In this document: positions 60,452 to 64,000 of the stretch, piece by piece | Layout: each line of letters opens with the position of its first letter | Position numbering within the stretch: position 1 is the stretch's first letter | Assembly (NCBI GenBank): GCA_963783055.1 | Contig: CAWAMB010000004.1 | Span: forward strand, 718,304-782,303 | DNA from: an uncultured Chloroflexia bacterium | GTDB lineage: Bacteria > Chloroflexota > Limnocylindria > Limnocylindrales > CSP1-4 | Length of the DNA stretch: 64,000 nucleotides | Direction of reading: 5' to 3' | Position numbers and translations under genes: made by a program | The notes under the pieces: model-generated | The model's database searches: none | Seen by the model: only the letters and a program-made list of their open reading frames with translations | What the model was told of the DNA's origin: nothing

Positions 60452-60946
60452 TCAGCCGTGCGGCGGCGGCTCCATCCAGCCCGGCGTCCGGGCGGGGCGC
60501 TTGTCGATGGCGGCCAGGATCGACGTCTCGAGCGCGAGGATCCGTTCCTCGAGATGCTCCACCTTGCGCAGGATCTCGGCGTTGCCCTCGAGGAGCTCGC
60601 GGTTCTGGGCATCCTCGATGTCGGCCTCCGCGGCCGCGTGCTCGAGCGTCATCCGGTCGCGCAGCGATGCCCGGTTGCCGGCCAGCAGGATCAGCGGCGC
60701 GGCATAGGCGGCCTGGGTCGAGAACGCCAGGTTCAGCAGGATGAACGGGTACGGGTCGAACGGCCGCGACAGCAGCCAGGCATTGCCGACGACCCAGATC
60801 GCGACGATCACGGTCTGGACGCTGATGAACCGCCAGCTGCCGAGGAAGCCCGTCACGTGGTCGGCGATCCGGGCCCCGCGGGGCGCGTCGTCGATCATCG
60901 TCACGTTGATCGGGTGCTTGTTGCGAAGCGCCACGGCGCCCTCCAT
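60452..60946 (-). CDS. DUF1003 domain membrane protein
   Basis: GSWRFI, FDPYPFILLNLAFSTQAAYAAPLIL. Confidence 0.9.
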   Translation of the reverse strand: MEGAVALRNKHPINVTMIDDAPRGARIADHVTGFLGSWRFISVQTVIVAIWVVGNAWLLSRPFDPYPFILLNLAFSTQAAYAAPLILLAGNRASLRDRMTLEHAAAEADIEDAQNRELLEGNAEILRKVEHLEERILALETSILAAIDKRPARTPGWMEPPPHG

Positions 60947-60999
60947 TCGACCACGACCGGGATGAGATCGGCCGGCCCTCGGCTGCTATTGTCGGCCGC

Positions 61000-62250
61000 A
61001 TGACGATCGACATCCGGGCCATCCGGGACGCAGAGCTGCCGGACTACCTCGATGCCGTGACGACCGGTTTCCTCGAACGGACGGACGTCGACAAGATCGC
61101 CGCGGACGTCCGGCCGCACTGGGACTTCGCCCGCGTCTGGGCCGCCTTCGATGCCGGTCGGGTCGTCGGCACGACCCGGACCTGGGCGACGGAGCTGACG
61201 CTGCCCGGCATGCGCCAGATCAAGGCGTCCGCGGTGTCGGGCGTGACGGTCCGGCCGACCCACCGGCGGCGCGGGCTGCTGCGCGGGATGATCGCCGCCG
61301 AGCACGCCGCGGCCCGCGAGCGCGGCGAGCTCGTGTCGCTCCTCTACGCCTCCGAGTACCCGATCTATGGCCGCTTCGGCTACGGGCCGGCGGTGCAGTC
61401 GGCGGGCTGGATGCTCGACCTGACCGCGACGTCGTTCAGCGAGGCGGCCGGCGGTCGGTGTGGGTCGATCGAGGCGCTCCCTGCCGACGAGGCCGGCCTT
61501 GACCTGGCACGGAACGTCTTCGAGACGTGGCGCCGGATCCAGCCCGGCGAGATCTGGCGCCGGCCGATCATGTGGCGCTCCGACTTCGGACTGCCCGGCT
61601 CGGCCGGCGAGGGATGGAAGGGATTCTTCGTCATCCATCGCGATGAGACGGGCGCGATCGACGGCTACGCCCGCTACCACGGCGATGCCAAATGGGAGCA
61701 TCGCCAGCCGCGGAGCACGCTGACCGTCGATGAGCTCCACGGCCTGACGATCGACGCCCAGGTCGCCCTCTGGCGCTTCCTCGCCGGCATCGATCTCGTA
61801 TCGACGCTCAAGGCCGAGCGGCGCCACTCGGCCGACCGCCTGCCGTGGCTGCTGACCAACGCCCGCGCGGCCGAGCCGTTCGATCTGGGCGACGGCCTGT
61901 GGATCCGGCTCCACGACATCCCGGCCGCGCTCGAGGCGCGGACGTATGACCAGACGGGCTCGCTGGTGCTGGAAGTCATCGACCGGGATGCCGGCGGTGA
62001 CGATGCCGCACCCACGCGCGTTCGTCTGGCCCTGGACGTGTCGCCCGACGGTGCGCGCGCCGTGCCAACCGACCAGTCGCCCGATCTCACGATCGACGGA
62101 GGGGCCCTCGGAGCCGCGTATCTCGGCGGGACGAAGCTTCGCGACGCCGTCCTCGCCCGCGGCTGGGACGAGCACCGGGCGGGCGCGCTGGCCGATGCCG
62201 ACCGCCTCCTCGCGACGCGCGACGCCCCCTGGTGCTCGACGTTCTTCTGA
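61000..62250 (+). CDS. Eis-like GNAT acetyltransferase with SCP2 tail
   Basis: VTVRPTHRRRGLL, LYASEYPIYGRFGYG, LWIRLHDIPAALEARTY, LGAAYLGG. Confidence 0.9.
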   Translation: MTIDIRAIRDAELPDYLDAVTTGFLERTDVDKIAADVRPHWDFARVWAAFDAGRVVGTTRTWATELTLPGMRQIKASAVSGVTVRPTHRRRGLLRGMIAAEHAAARERGELVSLLYASEYPIYGRFGYGPAVQSAGWMLDLTATSFSEAAGGRCGSIEALPADEAGLDLARNVFETWRRIQPGEIWRRPIMWRSDFGLPGSAGEGWKGFFVIHRDETGAIDGYARYHGDAKWEHRQPRSTLTVDELHGLTIDAQVALWRFLAGIDLVSTLKAERRHSADRLPWLLTNARAAEPFDLGDGLWIRLHDIPAALEARTYDQTGSLVLEVIDRDAGGDDAAPTRVRLALDVSPDGARAVPTDQSPDLTIDGGALGAAYLGGTKLRDAVLARGWDEHRAGALADADRLLATRDAPWCSTFF

Positions 62251-62261
62251 TCGCCGGTTCA

Positions 62262-62309
62262 TAGACATCCGGAGCCGATCTGGCGATACTTCCTTGGTAT
62301 CGACAGATC
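62262..62309 (+). promoter_or_regulatory. modA promoter (TAGACA-17-GATACT) overlapped by a 13-bp inverted repeat
   Basis: GATCTGGCGATAC (62277-62289), 7-nt spacer, GTATCGACAGATC (62297-62309); 12/13 complementary. Confidence 0.55.
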
Positions 62310-62348
62310 AGACCACAGCATTCGCTGGGTCCCTCCGGAGCTCTCCTC

Positions 62349-63205
62349 ATGCCTCGCCGAGGTCCTCTCGCGCTCACTTCGGCGCTCGTCCTGGTCCTCG
62401 CCGCCTGTTCCTCGGGTGGCACGCCCGCGCCGAGTGTCGGTGGCGCGGCGCCGCCCGCGGCGTCCGGTGCGCCGAGCGGGGCCGTCCCGTCCATGGCGGC
62501 GGCCCACCTCGAGATCTACGGCGCGGCGTCGCTGAAGGGGGCTCTCGAGCAGGCAAGGGTGGCCTGGGAAGCCGCCCACCCCGGTTCGACGCTCACGCTC
62601 TCGACCGACTCGTCGTCGGCCCTCGAGACCAAGATCGAGCAGGGCGCGCCGGCCGACGTCTTCCTGTCGGCAGACGCGACCAACCCGAGGAAGCTCGTCG
62701 ACAGGGGACTCGCCGCCGGGGCTGCCGTGACGTTCGCGGGCAACAAGCTGACGATCATCGTGCCGACGGCCAACCCGGCCGGCATCGCGACCCCGGCCGA
62801 CCTGGCGACGACCGATGTCAAGATCATCGCGGCCGGCGATGAGGTGCCGATCACGAAGTACGCGACCCAGCTCGTCGCCAACCTGGCGAAGGAACCCGGG
62901 TATCCGAGCGATTTCGCTGCCTCGTACGCCGCGAACGTCGTGTCCAAGGAAGACAACGTCAAGGCCGTCGTCGCCAAGATCGAGCTCGGCGAAGGCGATG
63001 CGGGGATCGTCTACGTGACGGACGCCAAGGCATCCACGACGGTCACGACGGTCGACGTTCCGGACGCCGCCAACGTCCCGGCGACGTACGCCGGAGTCGT
63101 CATCAAGGCCTCCCCGAACGCGGCAGCCGCACAGGCCTTCCTTGACTGGTTCGCGGGTCCGGCCGGCCAGGCGATCCTCGCCGAGTTCGGGTTCCTGCCG
63201 CCGTC

Positions 63206-63209
<4 letters not shown>
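62349..63209 (+). CDS. modA: Molybdate ABC transporter substrate-binding lipoprotein
   Basis: Lipobox LAAC, GAASL, GAPADVFLSA, FAGNKL, DAGIVYVTD. Confidence 0.92.

Positions 63210-64000
<791 letters not shown>

Overview
Very GC-rich bacterial chromosomal window. Gene content and leaderless-type promoters suggest Chloroflexota (possibly Limnocylindria); this is inference, not a database result. Many conserved genes carry single-base frameshifts, typical of an indel-prone long-read assembly. Most of the window is housekeeping: a glycogen/maltodextrin cluster (two GH13 enzymes, glgP, glgA), tRNA-Gly(TCC), an EfeU-cupredoxin fusion, a 4-gene ABC-2 transporter, fabI, an M14 carboxypeptidase, an ALDH, two class-III aminotransferases, a CoA-transferase, HD-GYP signalling genes, MMPL/TetR, OsmC, YcaQ, NUDIX, an Eis-like GNAT and modAB. 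Four things stand out. (1) A complete IS110 element (~10924-12187) whose upstream non-coding end looks like a bridge RNA. All four of its guide segments match the actual target flanks and element ends; it inserted between a -10 box and a leaderless ATG. (2) A ~1930-aa secreted gingipain(C25)-like/PxKF protein carrying 17 tandem GGNAFV hexapeptides, directly downstream of a dual-cyclase/STAND-NTPase/TPR gene. (3) An ECF sigma/anti-sigma/lipoprotein locus whose promoter motif GGAACC-N14-GGTGTA occurs three times, once in front of a distant cupredoxin gene. (4) A ~900-bp nested non-coding repeat array.
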